From Candidatus Zixiibacteriota bacterium (GTDB lineage: Bacteria; RBG-13-66-14; B26-G2; WVWN01), in assembly GCA_050117845.1 (NCBI GenBank), contig JASFLY010000012.1, forward strand, positions 18,610-82,609: a stretch of DNA of 64,000 bases. The letters run 5' to 3'. The translations under genes and the position numbers were made by a program. Under the pieces are notes generated by a model. It saw only the letters and a program-made list of their open reading frames with translations, was not told the origin of the DNA and ran no database searches. Shown here in pieces: positions 10,148-20,372 of the stretch (position 1 is the first letter of the stretch; every line of letters starts with the position of its first letter).

Positions 10148-10176
10148 ATTATATAATTACGCCCCGCCCTTTTCAA
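10148..10176 (-). promoter_or_regulatory. sigma70-like promoter of queH operon
   Basis: TTGAAA-N17-TATAAT on minus strand, 11 nt before ATG. Confidence 0.6.
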
Positions 10177-10292
10177 ACCTTTTATTTTTGGGGGGGGTGG
10201 GGATTATAACCGGCCAGGGGTGACAAGTCAACCGGCCGATACGCCTTAATTTAACCTTGACTTCGCCCTCCCGGGGTGTTTGAATTATAAAC

Positions 10293-11207
10293 GTGAAGAT
10301 TCGAATATTACTCGCGAGCGCGGCCATCACGGCCGCGACGGCCCTCGGGGTTGCCGGCGACGGCCCCTCCCTCGCCGACCTCGACCTCCTACGCGTCCCC
10401 CGGGAAGAAATCCCGCCGGGCGAGGCCGAATTGGCCAACAAATTGCAGTACGCCCGGGCCCTCATCCTGGGTGGGAAAGCCGAGGAAGCTCTTTCGGCCC
10501 TCGACGAAGTGGCAGCCCGGGATACGGCGGGGACCTTCTCCGTCGAAATACTCTATTACCGGGGTTTCGCGCTCGACATGCTGGGCCAATACGACGCGGC
10601 GCTCGTCAACTACGAGGAGGCGCTGGCCCTCCAACCGGACGACCCCACGATACTGCTGGCGATGGGCCAGGCAAGTCTGGACGCGGGCCGCGACGACGAC
10701 GCCCGGGCCCGATTCGAACGGGTTCTGGAACTCAGTCCGGGGGAATCCCGGGCCCTTACCGGCTTGGCTTATCTGGACTTAACGGCCGGCGACTCGGCCG
10801 GGGCCAAGGAGAAGCTGGAACAAGCCCTGGCCTCGGACGCCGGGAACGCCCTCGCCATGTCATACATGGGCCTGGTCGAGATGGGCAACCGCAAATTCGA
10901 CCTCGCCCGGGCGCACCTCGAAAACGCGCTCGCGCTCGAGCCGGATAACCTGACCGCCAATTATAACCTGGCCGGTATTTACCTGATGCAGGGCGATTTC
11001 GCCCTCGCCGAAGAACACTATCGCCGCGTCCTGGAACGCAAGCCGGAGGACGGCGAGGCCCGTTATTACCTGGCCCGGGCGCTGGAGGGCCAGGGGCGTT
11101 ACAAGGAAGCCCTGGCCGAAGCCGAACTCGTCGTCGAATCGGGAGTGCTCGTAGAGGGCCTCGTCGAAACGCTGGACCGGCTGGAACGCCTGGCCGGCGG
11201 AGAGTAA
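10293..11207 (+). CDS. secreted tetratricopeptide-repeat protein
   Basis: Signal peptide; repeated TPR consensus (ALALQPDD, LELSPGE, ALEPDN, ERKPED). Confidence 0.85.
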   Translation: MKIRILLASAAITAATALGVAGDGPSLADLDLLRVPREEIPPGEAELANKLQYARALILGGKAEEALSALDEVAARDTAGTFSVEILYYRGFALDMLGQYDAALVNYEEALALQPDDPTILLAMGQASLDAGRDDDARARFERVLELSPGESRALTGLAYLDLTAGDSAGAKEKLEQALASDAGNALAMSYMGLVEMGNRKFDLARAHLENALALEPDNLTANYNLAGIYLMQGDFALAEEHYRRVLERKPEDGEARYYLARALEGQGRYKEALAEAELVVESGVLVEGLVETLDRLERLAGGE

Positions 11208-11330
11208 CGCCGGCGGCAATATCCCCTCCTGGAAACCGACCTTCCTTAGAGATAAACGGTTTTTTATCGTCCCGAGGACCTATTTAATACTCCGAAAATA
11301 GTCCCCGAAAGGGCCGGCCCCATTTTTAGG

Positions 11331-11359
11331 TTGACCGCCTTCGTTAATTATTCTATATT
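11331..11359 (+). promoter_or_regulatory. sigma70-like promoter of coiled-coil/parA operon
   Basis: TTGACC-N17-TATATT in AT-rich intergenic DNA. Confidence 0.55.
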
Positions 11360-11465
11360 CAATCCTCAAAGAGGATTATATTTTATACTTTCATAATTCA
11401 ACCTCTACTTACACGGTCGGCGCGTTCGCGTAAAAGCCCGGAAACGCGTCCCGGGAGGTTCATGC

Positions 11466-14400
11466 ATGGCCCCCATATTCAGTAAAAAGCCCGAATTGAC
11501 GCCGGAACTAGTCGGCGAATATTTCGATAAACGGGCGGCCGAATTCAAAGCGCTCTTAAACCAGGCCACCGAACACGAGAAAAAGCTAGCCGACCGGGCG
11601 GCCCAAGTCGAGGGCGACGTCGCGAAAATCGACGAGCTCGACAAAAAGGTTAAAGAGTTTGAGACCAAGTCCGCGGCCCTGGCCGAAATGCTCCGCAAGG
11701 TCGAGGGTTTGCCGGCCTCGGTGAACGCGGCCGCGGAAAAGGCGGCCACGTCGGAGACGAAAGTCCGTGACGTGGAAACGCGCCTCAAGGCCGTGGGTGA
11801 AAAACAGGCCGAACTCCTCGCCCTCGAGAAAAAGATAACCGCCCTGACCGAAAACGCGAACCGGGCGACGGCCGACGTCAATAAAATCGAGGGGAGGCTC
11901 GCCGAGGTCCGCAAGGCAGACGCCGAGATAACGAAGTTGACCCAAAACCTCGCCGGGGCCGAAGATAAAATAACGTCCCGTACGCGCGACTCTGCCGAAC
12001 GCGTTACGGCGCTATCGTCGCAAATCGGTGAACTCGAGAAATCCGTCAAGGCGGCGGGGCAAGCAGTGGAGCGGGTGGAGGGCGAGATAAAATCCACCAA
12101 GGCCGAACTGGCGGGCCTGGGCGACCAGACCAAGCAACTGACCGCCGTCGAGAAAAACCTGGCTTCCGTTAAAACTAAGCTGGACCAGGTGGAACGTTCC
12201 GCGGCGCAGGTAACCGAGCTGCGGGCGGAGCTGAAAGCGGCCGGCCACGCGGTCGAGAAAACGAATTCGGCCAACGACGCCAACAAACAAACGTTGGCGG
12301 AGGTAAAATCGGCCCTCGCCGAAACGAAGAAGGCCGCCGATCAGCAGGGCTCGCAAATCGCTACCCTTAGCGACAATTTCTCCAAAACCGGGGCCGACGT
12401 CGAAAAACGCCTCAAGGACGTGGACGCAAGTTTCGGTAAACTGGAAACGCGGGCCAAGGAATTGGAAACCCTCTCCAAGAAGGCCGACAAGATAAACGAC
12501 CGTACCGAAACCGCGGCCGTCAAAACCGACGAACTGGAACAACGCCTGGCCATAGTGGAGAAAGCGAAAAAAGAGATAGAGACGTTGCGGGAGCGGGTCG
12601 ATACGACGGCGGCGGCGGCGAAAGAAGCCGCGACCGAAGGCAAGGCCGTGCGTACGTCCCTCGAGGGCGTTCGCGCCGAGGCCGAAAAGATCCGGGCCGA
12701 CGTGAACACGGTTAGTGAAACCTTCAAAACTATAAACAAGAACGTTAAAGCCACGGGCGAAGACGTTACGGAGGTCTCCCGCCGGGCGGGCAACGTAGCC
12801 GGCCGGACCACTAAACTCGAGCAGAAGATAGACGGCATCGAGGCCAGCATCGCCCAACTCGCCGAGGCCGACAAACGCGTCGGCGCCGTAACGAGTAAGG
12901 CCGAAACGGTAGAAACGAAATTAACCGACCTGAACGAACGCTTCAAGACGACCCAGGCCGAGCTCAAGAGCGCCGGCGGCCGGGCCGAAACGCTCGAAAA
13001 ATCCCTCGCCAAGATCCAGGAGGACTTCGAGACTCTCCGGGTCGAACGCCAGCGCTACGACGAGGCCGAGCAGAACATCGACCGCCTCAACTCGCTCATC
13101 GAATACATCAACACCAAGATAGACGTCCTCGAGGACCAACGCGAACTCATCGCCAAGGCCAACGAGGAATCGGGTAAACTCGACGTCCTGCTGTGGGAGA
13201 TGGACGTTCGCCTGAAGAAACTCGCCGAAGAGCAGAAGATGGTCCGCGAGGGCGAGAAACGCATCGCCGACCTGGAAGAGATAATGGCGGGTATCCGGGA
13301 CAAATTCCGGGAGGCCCAGGGCATACGCGACAAGCTCCTGGACATGGAGAACCGCCGCGAGGACTTCGTGCGCGACCTCTCCTCGTTCGAGCGCCAGATA
13401 AACGACTTCCGCGAAACGCGGTCCAACCTCGACAAGTACTTCCGGACCGCCGAGGAAATCATCGCCCAGGCCGGCCACGCCGAGCACAAGGTGATGGACG
13501 TCCAGTCCATGCTCGGCACCATCGAGAGCCGGGCCGAAATACTTAAGACGGTAAAGGCGGACCTGGCCGACGTCCAATCGCAAGCCGCGTCCGTCGAGAA
13601 ACTACAGGATAAAATCTCCACGCTCGAATCCCGCCTGGCGGAGGCCGACGCCCTATCTCGGGTCGTCGCCGACCAGATAGCCGAGAATAAGGCTCGCGAG
13701 GCCGCGTTCACTGGCCACGCGTCCCGCCTAGACGAAGTGGAAGACAAGGTCCGCCAACTCACGCTCGATATCGACCGCGTCGAGGCCGCGGGCCAGGAGA
13801 TAAAAAATATCCAGAACACCATCGCGGACCTCGGCCAGGAATCCGAATCGGCCGCGCGCGAACTGGCCCAGTTCCAGAACGAGCGCTCCCGGGTCCAGGA
13901 CGAATTCGACCGGGCCACCCGGACCGCGCAGGACCACCTCGAGCAAATCGAGCGGCGCCAGGAAGAGATTCGGCTCCGCGAGGAACTCGTTACCAGCGTG
14001 CACGACAAGACCGAGAAGATAGACGGCCTGCTCAAGGATATCGACCAGCGGATGATGGCGGTCCTCCGCGAGGACGCCAAACTGGACGCTTTAAGTTCGC
14101 GCCTGGACGATCTCAACCGCGACCTCTCGCTGCTCGAGGAGAAACGCCGGGCCGCCCTTAAATCCGAGAAAGAGGTCGACCGGCTGGTCGAGAAGGTGGG
14201 CTACCTCGAGGAGAGCACGGCCTCGGTAGACAAGGCCATCAGCACGCAGAGCAAACTCCGGCTCCAGCTCTCGGAGGAGGCCGAACGGCTCACCGACATC
14301 AAGAGCGAGGTCGGCGACGTTACCGAAACGGTAATGATGCACGCCGCCCGCGTCGGCGAGACGGAGAAAGAAGTAAACCGACTCCTCGAACGCATCCAGG

Positions 14401-15011
14401 AGGCGGGGCAAGAAGCCGCGAAGAAGGCCTCGCTCGTCGAACGGCGCAGTCAGGACATCATCGCCGTGGACGAGCGCATCAACGCCCTTTCCATGCTGGC
14501 GGAGGACCTCGAGGAACGGCTACGGGTATTGACCCAGCGCCGCGACGAGGTCGGTACGGTGGAACGCGAAATCCGCGACCTCAAAGCCTATTATGAATTG
14601 GTCAACCAGGGTATGACCGAGCTAAAGACCGAAGCCGACGCGGTGGAGGTCATGCGGAGCCAAATAACCGAGCTCGCCGACGCCCGCAAAGACGTAACGC
14701 TTGCCGTCCGGGAGATAGCCTCCAAGCGCGCCGAACTTAAAGAGGTAGAGAATAAATTCGAGGTGCTGGGGCGTACGGCCGCCGGCCTGGAAGAGAAGTT
14801 GGCCCAAATCCGGAATCAGGAGAAGCGCGTCGATACGCTGGCCGAGAAACTCGCTCAGGTCAGCTTCCTCACCAAAGACGTTGAGACCAAGATGTCGAAC
14901 CTCCGCGCGACCAGCGAAAGGCTGGACGAACTCCAGAAGAAAATCGCCCGTTCGGACGTCATCCTGAACGAAGCTCTCAAACGCGCGAGCGAGGGGAAAC
15001 CCCCCGCTTAA
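11466..15011 (+). CDS. very long coiled-coil protein (1181 aa)
   Basis: Near-continuous heptads rich in E/K/A/L/R, almost no Pro internally, no Walker motif, signal peptide or TM segment; GGAGG RBS upstream. Confidence 0.85.
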   Translation: MAPIFSKKPELTPELVGEYFDKRAAEFKALLNQATEHEKKLADRAAQVEGDVAKIDELDKKVKEFETKSAALAEMLRKVEGLPASVNAAAEKAATSETKVRDVETRLKAVGEKQAELLALEKKITALTENANRATADVNKIEGRLAEVRKADAEITKLTQNLAGAEDKITSRTRDSAERVTALSSQIGELEKSVKAAGQAVERVEGEIKSTKAELAGLGDQTKQLTAVEKNLASVKTKLDQVERSAAQVTELRAELKAAGHAVEKTNSANDANKQTLAEVKSALAETKKAADQQGSQIATLSDNFSKTGADVEKRLKDVDASFGKLETRAKELETLSKKADKINDRTETAAVKTDELEQRLAIVEKAKKEIETLRERVDTTAAAAKEAATEGKAVRTSLEGVRAEAEKIRADVNTVSETFKTINKNVKATGEDVTEVSRRAGNVAGRTTKLEQKIDGIEASIAQLAEADKRVGAVTSKAETVETKLTDLNERFKTTQAELKSAGGRAETLEKSLAKIQEDFETLRVERQRYDEAEQNIDRLNSLIEYINTKIDVLEDQRELIAKANEESGKLDVLLWEMDVRLKKLAEEQKMVREGEKRIADLEEIMAGIRDKFREAQGIRDKLLDMENRREDFVRDLSSFERQINDFRETRSNLDKYFRTAEEIIAQAGHAEHKVMDVQSMLGTIESRAEILKTVKADLADVQSQAASVEKLQDKISTLESRLAEADALSRVVADQIAENKAREAAFTGHASRLDEVEDKVRQLTLDIDRVEAAGQEIKNIQNTIADLGQESESAARELAQFQNERSRVQDEFDRATRTAQDHLEQIERRQEEIRLREELVTSVHDKTEKIDGLLKDIDQRMMAVLREDAKLDALSSRLDDLNRDLSLLEEKRRAALKSEKEVDRLVEKVGYLEESTASVDKAISTQSKLRLQLSEEAERLTDIKSEVGDVTETVMMHAARVGETEKEVNRLLERIQEAGQEAAKKASLVERRSQDIIAVDERINALSMLAEDLEERLRVLTQRRDEVGTVEREIRDLKAYYELVNQGMTELKTEADAVEVMRSQITELADARKDVTLAVREIASKRAELKEVENKFEVLGRTAAGLEEKLAQIRNQEKRVDTLAEKLAQVSFLTKDVETKMSNLRATSERLDELQKKIARSDVILNEALKRASEGKPPA

Positions 15012-15043
15012 ACCCGTAGGGAACGCCCGGGAGCGGACCTGAC

Positions 15044-15829
15044 ATGGCCTATAAAATCGCGGTAACCAGCCAGAAGGGCGGCGTGGGTAAAACGACCACC
15101 GCCGTGAATCTGAGCGCCTCTCTCGCCCTCGCGGAGAGGAAAACGCTCCTGATCGACCTCGACCCCCAGGGCTGTGCCAGCGTCGCGCTGGACTTCAACC
15201 AGGAACTGCTTTACCGGGGTGTTTACGAGATATTCATGCGGAACTTCCCGGCCTCGGGCAGCATCCACGAGACCGGCGTCCCCAACCTCTCCATCATCCC
15301 GAGCAACATCTGGTCGAACAACGCCGAAGAAGAAATAATGCGGGCGTCTCTCAACCGTACTTCCCTCGCCCGTTCCATCGACGAGATAGAAGAGGAATTC
15401 GATTACATCGTCCTCGACTCCCCGCCGAGCATGAGCCACCTCATGGTGAGCGCCCTCGTGGCCGCGGACTCCGTGCTGATTCCGGTACAGGCCGAGTTCT
15501 ACTCCTACAATGCGTTCGAACAGTTCATCCGGCTGGTAAAGACCGTCCGCCTGAGCGTAAACCCGGACCTCGAGATAGAAGGCTTCCTCCTCACCATGTA
15601 CGACGACCGGACGAAGCTGGCGCACGAGGTCGAGGATTCGTTGCGGCGCCGCTTCGGTAAGGCCGTATTCAAGACCGTCGTGCCGCGCAGCATCTCGCTG
15701 GCAGAGGCCCCGGCGCAGGGGAAACCCGGCATCGTCCTGGACGGCCGCTCCCCCGGCGCCAAGGCCTACCTTCAACTCGCGGCCGAGATAGTCCGCCGTG
15801 AGAAGTCGCGACGCAAAGCCCAAGTATAA
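15044..15829 (+). CDS. ParA/Soj-family ATPase (orphan)
   Basis: QKGGVGKTTT deviant Walker A, LIDLDPQG, DYIVLDSPP, LIPVQAE, LLTMYD, LAEAP. Confidence 0.92.
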   Translation: MAYKIAVTSQKGGVGKTTTAVNLSASLALAERKTLLIDLDPQGCASVALDFNQELLYRGVYEIFMRNFPASGSIHETGVPNLSIIPSNIWSNNAEEEIMRASLNRTSLARSIDEIEEEFDYIVLDSPPSMSHLMVSALVAADSVLIPVQAEFYSYNAFEQFIRLVKTVRLSVNPDLEIEGFLLTMYDDRTKLAHEVEDSLRRRFGKAVFKTVVPRSISLAEAPAQGKPGIVLDGRSPGAKAYLQLAAEIVRREKSRRKAQV

Positions 15830-15850
15830 TTAGGTTATTATGAATAAACA

Positions 15851-15876
15851 AACGCGGCCTTCGGGCCGCGTTTTTT
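15851..15876 (+). terminator. intrinsic terminator between convergent parA and mutL
   Basis: AACGCGGCC-TTCG-GGCCGCGTT then TTTT. Confidence 0.8.
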
Positions 15877-15902
15877 CTTGGGTGTGGTCGCGTTTTCGAG
15901 CC

Positions 15903-17684
15903 TCACCTTTTAAACAACCGCTGGAGTTCCCGCGCCGCCAGTTTTACCATCGTCGGCCGGCCGTGGGGGCAGACGTCGGGCGTGGCCGAGGCGAAGAGGT
16001 CCGCCACCAGCGCCGCCATTTCCCCCGGCTCGAGGCGTGCCCCCGCCCTCACGGCTGCATGGCACGCGACGCTCTTGCGAACGGCAGCCCGGCGCTTCTC
16101 CGCCGCGGCTGGCCTCCCCTCGTCCACGAAGTCCTTGACGAGTTCGCCCATAAAACTTTCGACGTCGCCCACCGGCACGTCGGCGGGGTGGGCCCGGACG
16201 ATGAAGGCATCGCCGCCGAACTCCTCCACCTCGAAGCCGAGTTCGTTCAGGGCTGGGAGGCACTCCCGCAAATCGGCCGCCGCGGCCGCCCCGGGCGATA
16301 CCGTCACCGGCAGCAAGAGTCGCTGGCTTCCGGCTACCTCCTCGCCCCGCCGACAGAGCCGGTCGTAGAGTACGCGTTCGTGGGCGGTATGCTGGTCGAC
16401 GACGACGAGGCCCTTCCCCCGCCGGACGATAATGTAGGTGGCGTCGAGCTGGCCCAAGACCTCGACGGCCTCTCTTCCTCCGCCGGCCTCGCTTTCCGCT
16501 ATCGTTTCGGGCACGTCGTCCGGAGGCGGCACCGGACGGGCATGGCGCGGCGCTTCGGCCCCCTCCGGCCACAGGCCGTGCCGTGACAGGTACCCCTCCA
16601 CCGCTTCCCGGATGTTCTCGGTGACGGCGGGCCCCGCCGGCTCCCGGCGCCCGCCGGCCGGCGCCGAAACGCCGAAGGATTCGGCCCGCACGGTTACACC
16701 CGCTCGGGCGAGTTCCTCCCGCAATATCCGGCTCACGAATTCGTAAACGCGACTCTCGTCGGCGAAGCGGACCTCCTCCTTGCGGGGATGGACGTTGACG
16801 TCGACCTCCCCCTCGGGCCAGTCGAGGTAGAGGACGACCAGCGGGTAACGCCCCCGTTCCAGCCTTCCCTGGTAGGCGGACATCACGGCCTTGAAGACGG
16901 GCTTCCCCCGGGCCGGTCGGCCGTTGACGACGGTATAGATGTTGGCGGTCGTTCCGAAGGAGAGGTCCGTCGGCGATAGGTACGCTCGTACGGAAACGGC
17001 GTCCTCCCCCCCCTCGACGGGGACTAGTCGGTCCAGCATCTCCCAGCCGATTATCTCGCCGATGCGCTGTCGGGCGTCTGCGCCCCCCGAGGCGGTGTAC
17101 TGCAGGCGGCCGTCCTTCGTGAGCGAGAACGTGGGGCCGAGTTGCGCGAGTGCGAGGCGCTTGAAAACCTCGGCGGCGCGGCGCCACTCGGCGGCAGGTT
17201 TCCCGGCGAACTTGCGGCGGGCGGGGACGTTGTAGTAGAGGTCGCGGACGGACACGGTCGTGCCCGGCGGCGAGCCCTCCGGGGACACTTTTACCGTGCC
17301 GCCCGTGACGACGGCTTTGAGGCCCGTGGGGTCGTCCTCGGTCCGCGTCAGGACCGTAACACGGGCGACGGCGGCGATAGCGGGCAACGCCTCCCCCCGG
17401 AAACCGAGGGTCGCAACGGCGTCCAGGTCCTCTGGCCGGGCGACCTTGCTCGTGGCGTAGCGTTCGAAGGCGAGCGCGAGGTCCGCGGCGTCCATGCCGC
17501 AACCGTCGTCGGCCACGCGGATTTCCGTGAATCCGCCCCCGCTGACGGCGACGTCGATGCGTCGCCCTCCGGCGTCCAGGCTGTTCTCCATCAGCTCCTT
17601 GACGACGGACCACGGCCCCTCGACCACTTCGCCGGCGGCGATGAGGCCGACCATGCTTTCGTCGAGTTGGCGGACCTTTCCCAT
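15903..17684 (-). CDS. mutL: DNA mismatch repair endonuclease MutL
   Basis: IAAGEVVE, VVKELMENSLDA, TLGFRGEAL, VDVNVHP, DQHTAHER, ACH, CPHGRP. Confidence 0.95.
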   Translation of the reverse strand: MGKVRQLDESMVGLIAAGEVVEGPWSVVKELMENSLDAGGRRIDVAVSGGGFTEIRVADDGCGMDAADLALAFERYATSKVARPEDLDAVATLGFRGEALPAIAAVARVTVLTRTEDDPTGLKAVVTGGTVKVSPEGSPPGTTVSVRDLYYNVPARRKFAGKPAAEWRRAAEVFKRLALAQLGPTFSLTKDGRLQYTASGGADARQRIGEIIGWEMLDRLVPVEGGEDAVSVRAYLSPTDLSFGTTANIYTVVNGRPARGKPVFKAVMSAYQGRLERGRYPLVVLYLDWPEGEVDVNVHPRKEEVRFADESRVYEFVSRILREELARAGVTVRAESFGVSAPAGGRREPAGPAVTENIREAVEGYLSRHGLWPEGAEAPRHARPVPPPDDVPETIAESEAGGGREAVEVLGQLDATYIIVRRGKGLVVVDQHTAHERVLYDRLCRRGEEVAGSQRLLLPVTVSPGAAAAADLRECLPALNELGFEVEEFGGDAFIVRAHPADVPVGDVESFMGELVKDFVDEGRPAAAEKRRAAVRKSVACHAAVRAGARLEPGEMAALVADLFASATPDVCPHGRPTMVKLAARELQRLFKR

Positions 17685-17687
17685 TGT

Positions 17688-18512
17688 TTATTCTGACGTC
17701 AGGCGGCGGTTGAGGCCGCGGGCGAGCTCGGCCACCTCGGCGACGGCGTCCCCCGGCCCCGCGGCCGTTACGTACGCCACGTCTCGCTTTATCTTTTCGG
17801 CCCCGGTCCCCACGGCACAGGACAGGCCGACCTTGGACAGGAAGGGGAGGTCGTTGAAGGAATCGCCGATGCCAAGGACGTTCTCGGGGCCGAGGTCGAG
17901 GCCGTCGGCGCGCAGGCGGTCAAGCAGCCAGTCCAGGCCGGCGCCCTTGTCCACCGGCCGCGGCGTTACGTCCACGACGTCGATGGAGCGCGTCACGAAG
18001 AACTTGCCGGCGAGGTCGCCGGGCACGTTCTCGACCAGGGCCTGTAGCTCCTCCACCGGGCAACACCCGGCGGTGGCGATGCTCACCGAGTAGCGCTTGC
18101 CCAGTATCACGCCGGCGCCGCGCTTGGCGGCGAGTTCCTCCTCCGCCCAGGCGCGGAAGCGATTCACCAGCGCCAGTATCTCGGGGGCGGCGAGGGCCGG
18201 GTGGAAAGCGTACTCGTGGCCCAGCCGCTCGGCCGGGAGGTGCATACCGCAACCGGACTCGAAGAGCGAGGGCAACGGCGTCGAGAGGAAGCGGGCGAAG
18301 GCTTCGAGGTAGGAGTGAGGCCGGCCGGTTATGAGCGATATGGGCGGGACCGTCGGGTCCGTCCGGGAGAGCTCGTTCAGGCGACGCAGCTCGCGCAGGT
18401 CCTCGCAATCCAGGGGCCCCAGGTCGTCGGCGGTAACGGTCCCGTCGAGATCGGCGAGGATGAGTTTGACGGGGTGAGGGTAGCTATCGAAGGGTTCGGT
18501 ACTTGTTCCCAT
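17688..18512 (-). CDS. HAD-superfamily (Cof-like IIB) hydrolase
   Basis: ADLDGT, ITGR, VDKG, IGDSFNDL. Confidence 0.85.
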   Translation of the reverse strand: MGTSTEPFDSYPHPVKLILADLDGTVTADDLGPLDCEDLRELRRLNELSRTDPTVPPISLITGRPHSYLEAFARFLSTPLPSLFESGCGMHLPAERLGHEYAFHPALAAPEILALVNRFRAWAEEELAAKRGAGVILGKRYSVSIATAGCCPVEELQALVENVPGDLAGKFFVTRSIDVVDVTPRPVDKGAGLDWLLDRLRADGLDLGPENVLGIGDSFNDLPFLSKVGLSCAVGTGAEKIKRDVAYVTAAGPGDAVAEVAELARGLNRRLTSE

Positions 18513-18522
18513 TTATCCCAAT

Positions 18523-18963
18523 CTATTTTTGATACCACTTCCGGGGGCCGGCGAGGAAGGCCTCGACGCCCCGGCGCTTCAGTTTGCGGAGATTGTAGAG
18601 GTGGCCGGTGCCGTGGGCGACGGCCAGCCGTTTCTCGAGTTTCTTGCAGGAGGCGAATTCGTCGCACTCCCAGCAGCCAGCGAGGCCCCGGCGCGCGGCG
18701 CAGTCCTTGACGTTGCACGGCGGCCCGCCGGCCCGACAGCCGCGACGACAGCGGAGCTTGACCATACCGCCCAGCGTCTCGTAACAGGTCGAATAGCCCT
18801 CGAACACTTTAAAGGGGATCGCCTCGGCTATCTTGTCGAAGCGGTACTCCCGCAGCTTCGCGCGGAGGTCACGGGCCAGGTCGGCCACCTCGCCCTTGTA
18901 GAAGGGGCAGTCACCGCAGTAAAGGCCGCAGGGCGCTATCAGTCTTTCGGACACTTCCGTCAT
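18523..18963 (-). CDS. Cys-rich DUF3795-like protein
   Basis: APCGLYCGDCP, CRRGC, CNVKDC, CWECDEF. Confidence 0.75.
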   Translation of the reverse strand: MTEVSERLIAPCGLYCGDCPFYKGEVADLARDLRAKLREYRFDKIAEAIPFKVFEGYSTCYETLGGMVKLRCRRGCRAGGPPCNVKDCAARRGLAGCWECDEFASCKKLEKRLAVAHGTGHLYNLRKLKRRGVEAFLAGPRKWYQK

Positions 18964-19841
18964 TTCGATTTATTCTTACCCGGCGCTTTGGCCTCGAGCA
19001 GAGGCTGGACGTACGCCAGTTCCTCGGGGCCGCGAACGCGTACCTATATCTTCTTGGCAGCCGAACCCTTGCGGTAATCCTCGACGTATACGCCGCGGCG
19101 CCGGGCGAATTTCTCCCACGGGAAACCGGCGCGGCCCAACTCGTCCGGCTTGGCGGTCAGGTGGACGACGAACGCTTCTCCCTCCGGGAACAGCACCCGG
19201 AGGGGTTTTTTGCCGTCGACGTAACGCAAGCCCCAACCGGCGTGCCGGGCCTGGAAGTGGACCTCCGGCGCAAGGAGGGGGAATTCCTTTTTTATAAAAC
19301 GCCTGAGAGCCGTCCACGCCTCGCCCGCGGCCCCGGCGTGGCGGCGCAGCTTCGTTTCGGACGGAACGTTTTTCTTGTCGAGTAGGCGCGACAGGACGTA
19401 GTCGTTCTTGCCCTCCCGGCCGAGTTTACGCCGTATCGCCCGGAGCGTCCCTTCCATGTCGTACGGCACGAAGACGCGGTCGTAATCCTCGGCCGGGAAC
19501 TCGCCCTTCTCGAAGCGGCCGCGGATCCGCCGCATGATGAGCAGGCTATTCAACTCCTTGTCACATGTGAATTCGTCGCAGTGAGCGCAGTTGGCGTAAC
19601 CCCGCTCCGCCGCGCAGCGACGGACACGGCAGTACTTATTGACGAGCGAAGCGCCGGCCTTCTCATCCGCGAGGCAACCGTCGCAGATAGCTTTTTTCGA
19701 AAAACCTTCGGATATGCCCAGGTAGTCCTTCCACAAACGGACGAGTTCGTCCCGGGCCTCGGGACCGGCGGCGAGCCGCGGCCTATACGCCGGGCACAGG
19801 TCGCAACGGACGCCGCACTTCCCTATCATATCCTTACCCAT
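18960..19841 (-). pseudogene. DUF3795 + DUF3788-like fusion interrupted by in-frame TAG at 19044-19046
   Basis: N-terminal GKCGVRCDLC...CAHCDEF; C-terminal GWGLRY...LFP domain; frame continues 27 sense codons after TAG to a TGA overlapping the next ATG. Confidence 0.6.
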
Positions 19842-19861
19842 AAACCCTCCTTAATAACGTT

Positions 19862-20335
19862 TTACAGCTTGACCAACCGTTTCTCGTAATCGGCGACGAC
19901 GTGTTTCTTGCCCCTTGCGATTACCTCGTGCCCCTCGGCCTCGAGCTTCGCCGTCTGCCCCTCGACGCCGCCGGGGTACTTCTCGTTGACGACGCCGCCC
20001 TTCTTGAGGGTCCTCCAGTAGGGCGTGATGCGCTTCCGGCCTTCGGCCGCGTCCTCCTCTGCCGCGCGAGCCGCGATACCGGCGAAGATGCCGGTCGTGA
20101 TGGGACAGGCGATATCGGCGCCGTGCCGCCGAGCCAGCTCCGCCCGAATCTCGTTGATGGTCGTAAGCCCGCCCTTGCGAACCTTCTTCATGAGTTCGTC
20201 CACTTCCCGCGGCGCCGGTATAACGCAGGTCCCCTCGCCCCAGCGTTTACTCATCCGCTCATCTATCTCGATTACCTTGGGCAGATCCTTGTCGTCGGCG
20301 AGTTTCTCGCGGTAGGATTTCTTGAGTTTGGCCAC
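19862..20335 (-). CDS. MGMT/ATL-like DNA-binding domain protein
   Basis: VRKGGLTT, CPITTGIF, TPYWRTLK, KYPGG, LEAEGH; GTG start with GGAGG RBS. Confidence 0.7.
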   Translation of the reverse strand: MAKLKKSYREKLADDKDLPKVIEIDERMSKRWGEGTCVIPAPREVDELMKKVRKGGLTTINEIRAELARRHGADIACPITTGIFAGIAARAAEEDAAEGRKRITPYWRTLKKGGVVNEKYPGGVEGQTAKLEAEGHEVIARGKKHVVADYEKRLVKL

Positions 20336-20372
20336 GGTTACCTCCCGCCCAGCCCCGCGGCCGGGCCGCTCG

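Noticed and set aside
11466..15011. SMC/SbcC chromosome segregation ATPase or chemoreceptor
   Set aside because: No Walker A/B, signature or hinge motifs; no TM or conserved MCP hairpin
15910..17613. 567-aa alternative-frame ORF over mutL (and similar Arg/Gly-rich ORFs such as 47635-49272)
   Set aside because: Off-frame artefacts of GC3 bias
19044..19046. Genome-wide TAG reassignment
   Set aside because: ruvX, uxs, tatA and the alpha/beta hydrolase end properly at TAG
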